A DNA stretch of 64,000 bases from Paraspadella gotoi (taxonomy: Eukaryota; Animalia; Chaetognatha), in contig CM119271.1 in the NCBI GenBank assembly GCA_051294375.1, positions 7,869,649 to 7,933,648 on the forward strand, given 5' to 3'. The notes under the pieces are model-generated. The model worked only from the letters and a program-made list of their open reading frames with translations, did no database searches and had not been told where the DNA came from. Shown here in pieces: positions 37,320 to 50,601 of the stretch (position 1 is its first letter; each line of letters opens with the position of its first letter). A program made the translations under genes and the position numbers.

Positions 37320-37630
37320 CAGAAGAAGAGAGACGAGAGAAGAGAGAGATTGACTGAATAAATAGACGAAGAGCGCCGACGAAGAACGCCATTAATTGCT
37401 AATGACGTTAGAGGTTATCCAATAAGAATAAATTTATCCATATGGCATCTGATTTGCTCCGAAGGCCGCTTCTCTATTACGCTCTCCAGGATGGCAAAAG
37501 ATTATTGGGGTATAGTACAGTAGAGTTCGGGTGTGTCTTGAAATTTTCTTGAGAAGCTAATGTAATACTTGGCTTTGTAACTGAGAAAAGACGTGAGATA
37601 ATTATTTGTGAATGAAGACAAATCTCTCTC

Positions 37631-37688
<58 letters not shown>

Positions 37689-37956
37689 TTGGAATAACTG
37701 ATACGTTGATGATCAGCCCCTGAGTATTGGTATGAGTTTAGGACGGAGTAAGACCGCACTGCCCCGTACGCCTCAACGTGTGAGTACATACAGTCACTCG
37801 TGCGCGCAAAATATCTACGTCTTTTTGTTTACAAAGGTTTATATCAACATTAATCTACTCGTTCCTTTACTTTTCATCGTCCAGACATTTAAGTTAAATT
37901 TCGAAAAAAATATTATATGATGTGACCGCTTCTGCCTCTCTTCATCTCTTTTTCTC

Positions 37957-38820
37957 GCTTCTGAAGTGGTCATCGACCGCTTCTGCCTTCGCTGAATTTC
38001 GGTTTTTCTCTAAGAAATTATTTTTTTCCCCTTTTTATTAGGTATGATTTGGATTGCGTGCAGGTTCTTTGCTTTTTGTACGTTTCTGTCATTACCCTCG
38101 ACCGTTTCCGTCGTCAACCATGTCCGCTTCTCCTCTCTCCACTCGACCGCTTCTGCCTTAAATCTCGTCCGCTTCTGCCCCTCCGCTCGACCGCTTCTGT
38201 TATTTTCGCACACGTTCTCTCTCAGCTTGTGATAAAAAACGCTTTGGGTTTTGATGGGGGAAAAAAAAATCTGAGATGAAAAGATCGAAACGATGGGGAT
38301 TACGGAGGGGGGAAGGAAGGGAGAGAGACAGAGAGAGAGGGAGGGAAGAGGGAGAGAGGGAGAGAGACAGAGACAGAGAGATGATCGTGTCTGAGGAGTG
38401 AAAAGCTAAACATCTATGTAGTATACTCCAGCTTTAAAATAAATAATCTTTTAATAACAAAAAGTCTCAAATCAAATCATAATCTCACGGGATTTTTACC
38501 GCGAAAACATCACACCAAATTCCAATCAAATCACCACTACCTGTTTGTTCATCAAAAAAAAAAAAAAACCCCAAATTAAAAATCGTTTTTCTCCGCGAAA
38601 AAAAAATAATAAGATTTCCCTCGCATCTGTGCCACTCGAGTCGCCAGACCGAAAAACTATGGGCGTGAAGGCGGTGGGCGAAGTTGTGGTGTAGACGGGG
38701 AGGTTGTGGATCCGGAAGAGTCTGTGTCGGACACAGTGGGCGTGTCTCGCGTTGCGATTCGGGTCGGTGGCGGTGGTGATTTGGCAGGGGGGACGAATGC
38801 AATCTTGGAGAGAGAAGAAG

Positions 38821-38879
<59 letters not shown>

Positions 38880-39072
38880 GGCAAAAAAATCAAGATGACG
38901 AGAAAGGCGAGAGATGGAGTGGGGCTCTTTTTCGACGTTGTTGTTGTCGTCGTCGTCGTCGTCTGCGTCGTCGTCCTCTCTCTTTTTCCTCATAATTCCT
39001 CCATTCGTCATTCTAATTTCTTCTCTTCCTTCCTCATTTCCATTCTACTCTACTTATCTTAACTCTCCTCCT

Positions 39073-39104
<32 letters not shown>

Positions 39105-39160
39105 TCTCTTCTCTCTCTCTCTCTCATGTTCTTCTCCTCCTCTCCCTCTTCCTTCCTTCT

Positions 39161-39199
<39 letters not shown>

Positions 39200-39760
39200 C
39201 TTTCTCTCCCTCTCCATCTCTCTCTCTTCTCATTTGTTTTCTTTTTTTTCACTCCTGATCGATTAGTTTTTTTTTTTCCCGCCCCCTTCATCTGTCAAAA
39301 TATCTCGTGTCACTCCTCAAGACACGATCATCTCTCTGTCTCTGTCTCTCTCGCCTCTCTCCCCTCTTCCCTCCTCCTCTCTCTGTCTCTCTCCTTCCTT
39401 CCTCTCCGTAATCCCATCGTTTCGATCTTTTCACTCAGCAGATTTTTTTTTTCCCCCATCAAACCCAAAGCTTTTTTTATCACAAGCTGAGAGAGAACGT
39501 GTGCGAAAAATAACAGAAGCGGTCGAGCGGAGGGCAAGCCGCGGGGACGAGATTTAGGGCAGAAGCGGTCGAGTGGAAGAGGAGAAGCGGACATGGTTGA
39601 CGACGGAAACGGTCGAGGGTAATTGAACAGAAACGTACAAAAAGCAAAGAATGCACGCAATCCAAATACCAATAAAAAAAAAGGGAAAAAATAAATTTCT
39701 TGAGAAAAAACTGAAATTCAGCGAAGGCAGAAGAGCGGGTCGAATGACCACACTCAGAGG
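37957..39760. repeat. Inverted repeat pair (~440-bp arms at 37957-38400 and 39311-39760) flanking a ~900-bp block
   Basis: Arm 1 ends ...gatcgtgtctgaggagtg (38400) and arm 2 begins cactcctcaagacacgatc (39311). The arms are collinear reverse complements up to the N gap and carry several CGACCGCTTCTG(CC) motifs. Confidence 0.9.
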
Positions 39761-40087
39761 NNNNNNNNNNNNNNNNNNNNNNNNNCAAAAACAAACTCTC
39801 TACACATTTTTCATAGGGTTTTTATGCTTTATGAGTTTTATGATTAAAAACTATCGAATTTATTTCATTGACTTTTTACTTTATGTAATGTTTAATATAA
39901 TAAAAGTTTGCCACATGATTATCTCTGAAAAAAAAATCAACGAATTTTAAAAAAATAAAAAACAGTAAGCCATTTTTTGAATCGTGTTGAACAAATTCAT
40001 CATCAGACCCGCGTCTTGTATATGTTGTGTGAATCTGCAAAGTAATGAGTAGAATTTTCAACTTTCTTGACGAGGTGAAGTTAAAAA

Positions 40088-40394
40088 ACGAAGAGTTGCC
40101 AGCTCAACCACGGACTCTTCTGGAAGAGAAAAAATATTTGGGCAAAGAAGGAAAGGGGGGGAGATTCTATGAGCGCGTTTTTTTGAAAAATGTTTTTCGT
40201 TTCAAAGATATCAGGATTTATCCCAAAAATTTACTAAATAATCAAATTTTCTATGGAGAAGGCAAATTTTGAAAGTATCTTTTCATAGAAGTGGAGTTTT
40301 GTGACCTAAAAGTAATCCATGCCAAATTTCATGAGAAACCGCCTTACCGTTTGGGCTGCAACTCTTCAAATAGGTTTCTTTTATTTATATAGTA
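40088..40394 (-). mobile_element. Possible non-autonomous Helitron-like element
   Basis: A gaagagt...actcttc hairpin at one end, a catgccaaatttcat..ccgttt core, and a ttttatttatatagt end, all typical of short arthropod Helitron-like repeats. Confidence 0.35.
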
Positions 40395-40531
40395 AAAAAT
40401 CGAAAAAACGATAACGCCTTTGAAAAATAGTAAAGTGAATACATTTTTGTAATCGTCAGGAGCTCTCCTTCGAAATCCGAGCTCGGTTTTAGCCTAATTA
40501 TAATTTGAATTGAGTGATCCCGGACCTTAAC

Positions 40532-40942
40532 AAAGCGTAAACATCTAGTGTTACTCCAGTTTTTAAATAAATAATCTTTTTAATAACAAAAAAGTCTCAA
40601 GTCAAATCAGTAATCTCACGGGATTTTTACCCGGAAACACCTCACACCAATTCCTAATCAAATCACACACCTCGTTTTTCATAAAAAATGTAAAAAAAAA
40701 ACCCCAAAATTAAAAATCTTTTTTCTCCGCGAAAAAAAAAAATAAGATTTTCCCTCGCATCTGTGCCACTCGAGTCGCCAGACCGAAAAACTATGGCGTG
40801 AAGGCGTGGGGCGAGTTGTGGTGTAGACGGGGAGGTTGTGGATCCGGAAGAGTCTGTGTCGGACACAGTGGGCGTGTCTCGCGTTGCGATTCGGGGTCGT
40901 GGGCGTGGTGATTTAGGCATGGGGGATGACAGAATGCAATCT

Positions 40943-41014
<72 letters not shown>

Positions 41015-41271
41015 AAGATGACGGCAAAAAAATCAGATGACGACGAGGAGGCGAGAGATGGAGTGGGGCTCTTTTTCGACGTTGTTGTTGTGTCGTCGTC
41101 GTCGTCGTCGTCGTCTCGCTCTCTCCTCTCCTTTTTTCCTCATAATTCTCCCATTCGTCATCTCTAATTTCTTCTCTTCCTTCCTCATTTCCATTTCTAC
41201 TCTACTCTAGTCTTAACTTTCATCTCTCCTCTCTCTCTCTCTCTTCTCTCTCTCCTATCTCTCTCTTTCCT

Positions 41272-41319
<48 letters not shown>

Positions 41320-41423
41320 CTTTCTCTCCTCTCTCTCTCTCTCTCTCTCTCATTGTTTTCTTTTTTTTCACTCCTGATCGATTAGTTTTTTTTTTTCCCG
41401 CCCCCTTCATCTGTCAAATATCT
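40532..41423 (+). repeat. Direct copy of block 38401-39305
   Basis: Collinear from aaagc.taaacatcta to cccccttcatctgtcaaa.tatct. Confidence 0.9.
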
Positions 41424-42852
41424 TTCTGTTAAGCTGAATGACTCATCCCCTTAAAAGAATTCAAGGAAAATAACGAAAACTAATAAATTAGCACTTTTGG
41501 TTGAGTTCCTCAATCTCATTTGCATTTTGTAGCAATTTGGAATTCGTTTATATCTTTTGGTTTGATGTTCTTAAAAGTTATGTTTTATTAGTCGAACTCT
41601 CGAAAAATAGAAGAACTCTTTACTTTAAGACTTATTTACGCGATATTGATTTACTCTTGACACTCTTTGATTAATTAATTTCTTTTAGATACTCAGACAC
41701 TTAGTGGTTTTCGTCTTGAAATACGTAAAGATCTTGAAATATTTTTTATTATAAATTGGCTGCTCTAATCCTTTTCTCTAATCATTACGTCATTGTGTCA
41801 TTATGTCTTTTTCTGTCATTTGATTTTAATTTAAAAAAAAAAAATTAACTCCAGTTATCAAAAAAAAAAAAAGGTTCTGTGACAATAATGTCATTGTGTC
41901 ATCATTACATTATTGTAACGCATCAAACAGTGAAAATAATTTGTCATTCCCTTGAAAACATCGCCTTTTTTGGTAAAAATTTAAAAAAACGTAAAAGTTA
42001 TTACGTCACTCGGAACTGTATTACGTAAATAAAATTTTTTTTATATATTTAGTGAAGACGAAAGTCGACAGAGTTCCACAAAGTCGTCAACTTGTCCCGA
42101 CGAACAATTCTGAGAAATCAGTCAACCCCGTTCCCAATTTTTGTCACTGCCGATTGATGCGGGCCGCGCCCATATTTGACAGCTGACATCTGCGAAGCTG
42201 GAGTGAACAAATTTGTTTGGGCATGCGTGGACGCATTTAAGCGTGGTCGCGCAGAGGATGTAGAAAAAAAGTTTAAAAATTTAGAAATGGAAAAAAAAGT
42301 TTAAAAATTTAGAAATGAAAAAAAAAGTTTAAAATAAAAAAAAGTTAAAGTTAAAGAAGGAAGGGACGCGCGCGCTTACTGTTTCTCGCTCGGGGCGACG
42401 TCATCGGTCGCGTTCTCAAACGTCTTTTTCGAAAAATAATCGCGACGTGACGGTTGAGAGTCTCAATCTCTCGTTTGAAGAATGTCTCGGGGCTCGTATT
42501 GGATTTGACACCGAGGGCGATCGCTCGGAGAGTTTGTTATGAGGGGGGAGGAGGAAGAGGGGGAGGAGGAGGAGGAACAGGGGGAGGAGGAAGAGGGGGA
42601 GGAAGGAGAAAGGGGGGGATATTGAGCGAGGAAGGGGCCAAGGGGTTAGGCCTCAGAATTATGAAGCAGTTTTTAAGACGAGGATTAGTAGAGATGGAGA
42701 AATAGGGATAGGAAAGAAGGATGAAAAGAAAAATGATAAGAGGAAGAAAAGAAAGGAGAAAAAAAAAGAAAGGAAAGGAGAAAGAAAGTAAAAGAGGAAG
42801 AAAGAAAGAGAGAAGAAAAGAAAGGGAGAAGAAAGAGAAAAGAGAAGGAAAA

Positions 42853-43028
42853 AAAATGAAGACAAAAAAGAAAGGAGAAAGAGAGGAAAAGAGGGAGAAA
42901 TCAAAGGAGGAAGAAAAGAAAAGAAAGAGAAAAGAGAAGGAAAAGAAATGAAGACAAAAAAGAAAGGAGAAAGAAAGGAAAAGAGGGAGAAACCAAAGGA
43001 GGAAGAAAAGAAAAGAAAGAGAAAAGAA
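42853..43028. repeat. Purine-rich ~92-bp tandem duplication
   Basis: aaatgaagacaaaaaagaaaggagaaaga...aaaggaggaagaaaagaaaagaaagagaaaaga occurs twice. Confidence 0.8.
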
Positions 43029-43558
43029 AGGGAGAAGCAAGGAAAGGGAAAAGAACGGGACGAATTTAATCCAGAGGGAGACGTAAAAAAAACACAAAAA
43101 AAGGGGACTGATACAGCGAATACTGCAAATACTGCAAATACTGCGAATACACGAAGGATCAAGAGTGTCACATTCGGCGAATAAAAGGGCGAAACTAGAA
43201 ACGCGAAGAGAATTTTGGAAAAACTGAAAACGAGGCGAAAGTAAAAACAGAAGAACAGTGCAAAAAAAAAAACGATTAGAGTGACAAAGGGATGTTAATG
43301 ATTTGAAATAGTAGGATAAAGAGTACAGAGTTCCCTTAGAAAAAAAAAGAACAAGAGCGATAAACCGGTGTCAGCGGTACTAGAAGAGAGGGCGACGGCT
43401 CTCGTGGGTCGAAAGGGGCCCGAGAGCCTGAGACCCCTCGTCGTCGTTGTCGTCGTCGTCGTCGTCGTCCTCTGACTCTTTCTCGTCACCAAGATGATGA
43501 GATACAAAAAAATGATCTCCAAGGATCTTAGAATCCGTTTAAGGATAATCGCGTGATA

Positions 43559-43561
<3 letters not shown>

Positions 43562-43648
<87 letters not shown>
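43562..43648. repeat. (GA)n microsatellite (one of many in the window)
   Basis: Perfect dinucleotide run. Confidence 0.95.
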
Positions 43649-43652
<4 letters not shown>

Positions 43653-43919
43653 GCGAGGAAACGCTTAAAGACTTTCTCTCCTCCTTTTTCCTCCTTAAAA
43701 TCATCGAGCGAAAAGTCAGTAAACTTATCTCGGTCTCAAATTTGGTCGGGGGAAAAAGACAAGATTTTTTTCTTAAAAAAAAAAAGGATGGTAACTTAAA
43801 AGAAAAAAGGAAGATATTTCCTTTTTTTTCTTTTAACAACCAACGTTTTTCGCTTCAGAAAAACCGCGATGTTTCCGCCTGAAAAGAGAGAAAAAGAGCG
43901 AAAAAAGTGGTCTTTGCAA

Positions 43920-43973
<54 letters not shown>

Positions 43974-45079
43974 GTCCTCGATGACTTTTTTAGTATTAGC
44001 GCTGCAGTCGACGACTTATAGACAAAGTTCGTCTTTCAAATCGAACTCGTCATTGGCGAGATTCTGTCTTGCCCTCGATCCGCGTTGACTGGAAGATTTG
44101 TGTTTTTTAAAAATTAGTTTGGCTTTGACCTTGACTTTGTAAAGTTGTTTACTTTCTTAATTAATTAATTAAAAAAAAACTTTATAAAAATTATCAAAAA
44201 CTTAAACTTCAATTTTCTTCTTTTAACAAAATTAAATGATTTTAAACATGCAAACAAGAAAGTAATACATAGTTCAATGCATAATGATTAATTATAATTA
44301 ACCGTTCTGCGAATTAAAGTGATAAAAAGCCGAAGCGGAGAATTAACAGATAGAACCACCCTGGGAGTATTTTTTTGATTTTAAGATTTAAACGTGAAAA
44401 AACTATAAAAACATTTAGAACATAAGAATTTTATTTTCTTTAATTAATACCAAAACATTTTAACATTGAGAACATTATGAAAACGTTTTTTTTATATTAT
44501 TAATAAATGTTACTATAAAAACGTTATTTTTCTTTTTTTTTATTTCAAAAATAATAAAAACAGAGGTTACATAATGACGTAAAGTGACATAAAAGACAAT
44601 GACCTTATGACTAAAATAACCCAAAATGATATAACGACATACAACGACATGACACAATGACGTAATGAATTAAGGACCAAACATGACTAAAATGATGTAA
44701 AAGAAAAGTGAGGAAAACGTTAATTTGGACTCCGCTGTCTATATTTCTAATTATTTCTCAGGATAGGAATTTCTTGGAATAAAATTTTCAATTTCAAGAT
44801 TAGTTAATGTATCATATCAAGGTCAGTCTGATTACCGACTGTAAATACGGTCACCTGAATCATCGTTAAACTGTTTAGATTACATTTCATGGACATACAA
44901 TATTGGCATTAACTCAACACCATAGCCATTAATTATGCCAAAGACTACAATATGCAAATAGGATTATTGCGCTTCGACTAAATCTTTCATCCGAATAATT
45001 AGAAGAAAATTGAAATCTTTGTCAGATTTTCAATCGGGAATCTTCCTTGTTGGCGAAGGACGGCTTTAATACCTACATC

Positions 45080-45081
<2 letters not shown>

Positions 45082-45138
<57 letters not shown>

Positions 45139-45147
45139 CATCATCAT
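45082..45147. repeat. (CAT)n microsatellite; a second one at ~45765-45906
   Basis: Seen directly. Confidence 0.9.
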
Positions 45148-45852
45148 AATAATCATTTTCTTTTAAGTCATCAATGGTTTTAAAAGGCTTTCTTTAAGAC
45201 CCAGTGCCCGCCGCCACTCCGCCCGCGCCCGCCGCCGGCCGCCGCCGCCGCCGCCGCCCACCCGCCCGCGCCCGCCGCGCCGCCGCCGCGACGTCGCGGG
45301 GGTTAAGCGATATGGACGTTTCTCGAGGTCAGTCCTGATTGATGGCGCTGCGATCGCCGCCGGTGGCGAAGCCACAAGAGTGAGATGGGGCGCCGCCTTT
45401 TGCACAACAACGAATACGCGGGAGATGAAGATAAGAAGAAAAAAAAAAAAGACGAGAGAGAGAGAAAAGAACAAAGATAATAAAACAGAAGATGCAACAG
45501 AGTGACAACGATCAAGCTCCAAAAAAAACGAAGACAAGTCATATATAGCACTCTATACATCTACTTTAGAATCTTCATCAACCGGCTGTGTCTGTTTTTT
45601 CTAGTTTTTGCTTTGATTGTTTATTTCGTTCTTACTTATATTAATAAATTATACTTATTAAACAATAATCTTCATTATCGTCATAATTCTTATGATCTTA
45701 AGGTTCAATTCTTATCTCAAAATAATTAGGAAAAATCATTAAGAACATTATTCTGATTAAGGATCATCATATGTCATCATGACATCATCATACATCATCA
45801 TACATATTATCATATCATCATCTATCATCATCATCATCATCACATCATCATC

Positions 45853-45898
<46 letters not shown>

Positions 45899-48800
45899 AT
45901 CATCATGCCAGTGCGTGTGCGGATGCTGAAACTTATTCATATTTTCTAATCGTTTTTGCTAATGAACAAAAGAATCCATATTTAGTGTTTCTAATCAATT
46001 TTGGTTGAGAAAACAAATTATTAAAAAAAAAAACGAAAGCTGGACCTCTCGTAACTTCGATTCGCAATTCGAGGACCTTAATCGCAATCATCGGCGGGCA
46101 GAGGCCAATAAAAGCGTCGACGCGAAATGAGAAAAGACAACCGAAAAATAAAAGGGAGAGTATTTATTATGTTGGACAGAAACCGAATTTCGCTCTTGCG
46201 CGATCTCTTCTCTCTCTCTCATTTCTTTCTTTATTTCCTTCTTTTTAACTCTCCTCTCTCTCTCTCTCTCTCTCCTCGTGCTCTCCTGCTCATCTCCTCT
46301 CCTGTCTCCTGGTCTCTCTCTCTTCCTCTCTCCTCTCTCGCTCAATCTCTCTCTCTCTCTCTCTCTCTCCATTTTCTTGCTTTCTTAATTTCTTTCTCTT
46401 CATATTCTTTAACTCCTCTCTGTCCTCTGCCTCTTCTCATCCCTCCATCCCGGTTCTTGAAAAGCGTTGTCGTCTTTGGGATCTCAACGACGACGACCGA
46501 CCGGCTTTCTAATTAAAGAATTTTTTCCATCGTTTTCTCCCTTTATTGCTTTTTCTAATTTCGCTGATTGCCTCGTTCGTTTGTTTGNNNNNNNNNNNNN
46601 NNNNNNNNNNNNNNNNNNNNNNNNNNNNNNNNNNNNNNNNNNNNNNNNNNNNNNNNNNNNNNNNNNNNNNNNNNNNNNNNNNNNNNNNNNNNNNNNNNNN
46701 NNNNNNNNNNNNNNNNNNNNNNNNNNNNNNNNNNNNNNNNNNNNNNNNNNNNNNNNNNNNNNNNNNNNNNNNNNNNNNNNNNNNNNNNNNNNNNNNNNNN
46801 NNNNNNNNNNNNNNNNNNNNNNNNNNNNNNNNNNNNNNNNNNNNNNNNNNNNNNNNNNNNNNNNNNNNNNNNNNNNNNNNNNNNNNNNNNNNNNNNNNNN
46901 NNNNNNNNNNNNNNNNNNNNNNNNNNNNNNNNNNNNNNNNNNNNNNNNNNNNNNNNNNNNNNNNNNNNNNNNNNNNNNNNNNNNNNNNNNNNNNNNNNNN
47001 NNNNNNNNNNNNNNNNNNNNNNNNNNNNNNNNNNNNNNNNNNNNNNNNNNNNNNNNNNNNNNNNNNNNNNNNNNNNNNNNNNNNNNNNNNNNNNNNNNNN
47101 NNNNNNNNNNNNNNNNNNNNNNNNNNNNNNNNNNNNNNNNNNNNNNNNNNNNNNNNNNNNNNNNNNNNNNNNNNNNNNNNNNNNNNNNNNNNNNNNNNNN
47201 NNNNNNNNNNNNNNNNNNNNNNNNNNNNNNNNNNNNNNNNNNNNNNNNNNNNNNNNNNNNNNNNNNNNNNNNNNNNNNNNNNNNNNNNNNNNNNNNNNNN
47301 NNNGAGAGAGAGAGAGAGAGATAATCGTGTCTTTCATCAGACATTAAGAGACTCTACGCGTTGGGATTTGCTGTAGAAAAGCTGAAGTGACCATTGACTA
47401 GTCAATAAAGCTTATGTATGTAATATGTATGAAAAAAGAAACTGATTCGATGTTACGACAGAAAGAAACTGATTTTATAGTTAGTATAACGCTTTGTTAG
47501 CTAAAGACAATTAACTTTAAAACATGAATCGTACCAAACTTACGCAGAAAGGAAGGAAAAAATTCTCAAAACAAAAGGGAGTTTTCTTCTCTTCCCCAAG
47601 TTATCTATGAGCGTTGATGTCAACATCTCGGGGTTAGACGCTGAGAAAAGAAGTCAAGAATGACAAGGAAGAAAGCACAAAAAAAGCTGAAAAAAAAGCA
47701 TAAAGAAAACATAAAGAAGCGGAAAAAAAATCGGGGGAAAAAAANNNNNNNNNNNNNNNNNNNNNNNNNNNNNNNNNNNNNNNNNNNNNNNNNNNNNNNN
47801 NNNNNNNNNNNNNNNNNNNNNNNNNNNNNNNNNNNNNNNNNNNNNNNNNNNNNNNNNNNNNNNNNNNNNNNNNNNNNNNNNNNNNNNNNNNNNNNNNNNN
47901 NNNNNNNNNNNNNNNNNNNNNNNNNNNNNNNNNNNNNNNNNNNNNNNNNNNNNNNNNNNNNNNNNNNNNNNNNNNNNNNNNNNNNNNNNNAGCTTTCCTC
48001 TTCTTTTGCCTTCTTATTCAAGGCTTCTCTCTTTCTTTTGATATATTTTCTCTTTTTTATAGTTTATCTCAATAGTGGGATTTTTTCTCTCTCCTTTTCA
48101 TTTACGTGGATTTTTTTACGTTATTTATCCCTCCTTTTTTCTCATTTTCTTTTTTTTCTTCTTTTTTTTCTCTACGACTTCTTTCTTGATCTTCGCCCGA
48201 GAGAGGAGGGAAGAGAGATGAGGCAGAGTGCAGGTGAAAGAGATGATGGAGAGTCGAGAAGAGATGCGAGAGGATAAGAGTGCGGAGAGGGAGCAAAGGG
48301 AACCGGAGGAGAGAGAGAGGAGAGACGAGAGAGATGAGGAGAAGGAGAGAGAGGAGAGAAGAGAGAAAAAGACGTATCATTTATTTGTCTGTATCAGGGA
48401 CAATAGAGCTAGTTGTGCTTCTTCCAGTCCCTAAGCCCGGCGAGAGAGGATAATTCGATTTTGTTCTTTTCAAATACAGAGGCACCGATTAAGAGGACTC
48501 TCATTTTCTGCTCAATTGTTTTGGATAGTGCGGGAAAAGTTTCATTTTGGTGAGATTGCCTTCCGTCGATTAACCATTGTAGAAACAGCTGAACCTTTTT
48601 CTTTTCCATTTCACCTCTCTGAGGTCGTTTTGTTTACCTTTGACTATGTCAAAATAAAGCTATTGTATGGTTGATTGACATTCACCTTTATGGAAATTGT
48701 AATAACTATACAGTAATATAATTAACATGAAGACCTTATAATTAGTAGATATAACTGCCCTATGCGCTATGGTATACTCGACAAGGCGATAATACCCCCA

Positions 48801-50527
48801 GGACAATCTGAGTTTTTTTTAGTATTATTTGGTTCATTGTCTCCTATATCAACGCTATCCGTGTATAGCTTAAAGGGACAATATTGAACTTTTCATAGGG
48901 CTAACCTAACGCCATGGAATCGTAACGCCAAATCTTAACGGGCAGCAGGATTGTACACTCCTCTCTTCAGTGTACCCTATCGCCCGTCCCGGACACTAAT
49001 CCCAAATCTTTCAAAACCAATTTCGCCTCGAATATTAACAAATAGTGGCCCGGGGCGGAGGGAATTTCTTCTCTCTGCCCCAAGTTATTCCTGTTTCGGT
49101 CAATCTGGCCAGGACGGCATCCGTCGCTTCGATGGTCAAGCAATCTCAGGGGGTTAGCGACTCGCTGACCGCCACCAAAGAAGTCAAAGAATGACAAGGA
49201 AGAAAGCACAAAAAATAGCTGAAAAAAAGCATAAAGAAGGATACCAGTAATAATGACCCGGACGCCTGCGAAAAAAAATCGGGGGAAAAAAAAAAACATG
49301 CCAACAGCATGGTATCCGATCAGCGTCCACTCAATTTTTCTGCTTCATCCCCGCGAGACGCCCGAGAATGTCCTTGGCATTCTATTCACAGAGAGAGAGA
49401 GATAGAGAAAACGAGAGTAATGAAAGGCCCTTCAAAGGAGTGGCGGGGGTTCGCAGGGACGCAGTAATAGGGTTTGACGCGCAGAGCCTCGGCCCGTCCT
49501 GCTTCGCCGAGCGCGATGCAGCCGTGCCGAGGAAAAAAGGTGTCGAGTACGTGTGGCGGAAAGTTTCTTCCAATCCTTGGCAGGGGAATGTTTAATAAAA
49601 AGAAAGAAAAAAAGAAGAAGAAAAGATAACGATATACAAGCCAACAGAAGATTTATCCTTGATTAAGTGCACAAGCTATCCTGCCTTTTGCTCCAAAGTC
49701 AGGGTTAGCCTATTATTTATTTTGAATTAATCTATGAATTTTTTAAATTGGTCTTGGATTTCAAAGGGCATTTTGGGCCCCTGCCCCCCCTCAACTTATC
49801 TCTCACTCGCGGCGAATGCTCTTTAAACTTGAGAACTCCTCAGTCTCAACTTTCTTTTCCCCAAGTTCGTCCCACTGGGATCTTTTCACTTCCGACTCGA
49901 ATCTTTCGAATTTGACGGCGACGAGTCGGTCGGAGACGTTTCGGTCCAGACTGGCCGGACCATTTTTTGCGTTATCCACCGCTCGCCGGGAATTCGCTGC
50001 GGTGGAAGTCTTTTTTTTATGGTTGGTGGGAGAAACGAAGGAAGAGATCAAATTTTTTTTCAATTTTATTCTAAAATTTTGTCTTTCTTTTTTTCTTCTT
50101 TTTTTTATTTTTCTTTTCTTTTTTCCTTTCTCTTTCCTTAGATTTTTTATTTTCTTTATTTCTTTATATTATAAATTTTCTTCTCTTTCCTTCCTTTTCT
50201 TTTCTCTCATTTTTACCTATCCTCCCCTTTCCTCACCCCTTTGTCCCTTCATTTCTTTTCCTCCCTTTTCTTTCTTTTTCCTTTTTTTCCTTCTGTCCCT
50301 CACCAGCGCTTCACCATTCACCACTCACAATTCACCATCACCACGTTTCTCTCAAATCTTCCCGACGTCGCTTTATCCCGCCCAACTTTTCTTCCCGATC
50401 CCCCAAAAGCCTTATCCGCTTTGTTCTCCTGGTTGATTCCTACTTTGATCGCTTTAGAGCTTCGATCTCGATTGTGAATGTCGTTCGCAAAGAGTTGAAG
50501 AATTTGAGGCGCCTCTCTCTCTCTCTC

Positions 50528-50601
<74 letters not shown>

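Noticed and set aside
38620-38803. First half of the Ig domain (..PLCP...SVWRLEWHR, C...W pattern)
   Set aside because: The Cys-Trp spacing is too long and there is no canonical donor in either copy. It cannot be linked to the 6748 exon from sequence alone.
49803-50010. Minus-strand LVAVKFERFESEVK resembling kinase subdomain II
   Set aside because: There is no Gly-rich loop upstream, the K-to-E spacing is too short, and no other kinase exons were found.
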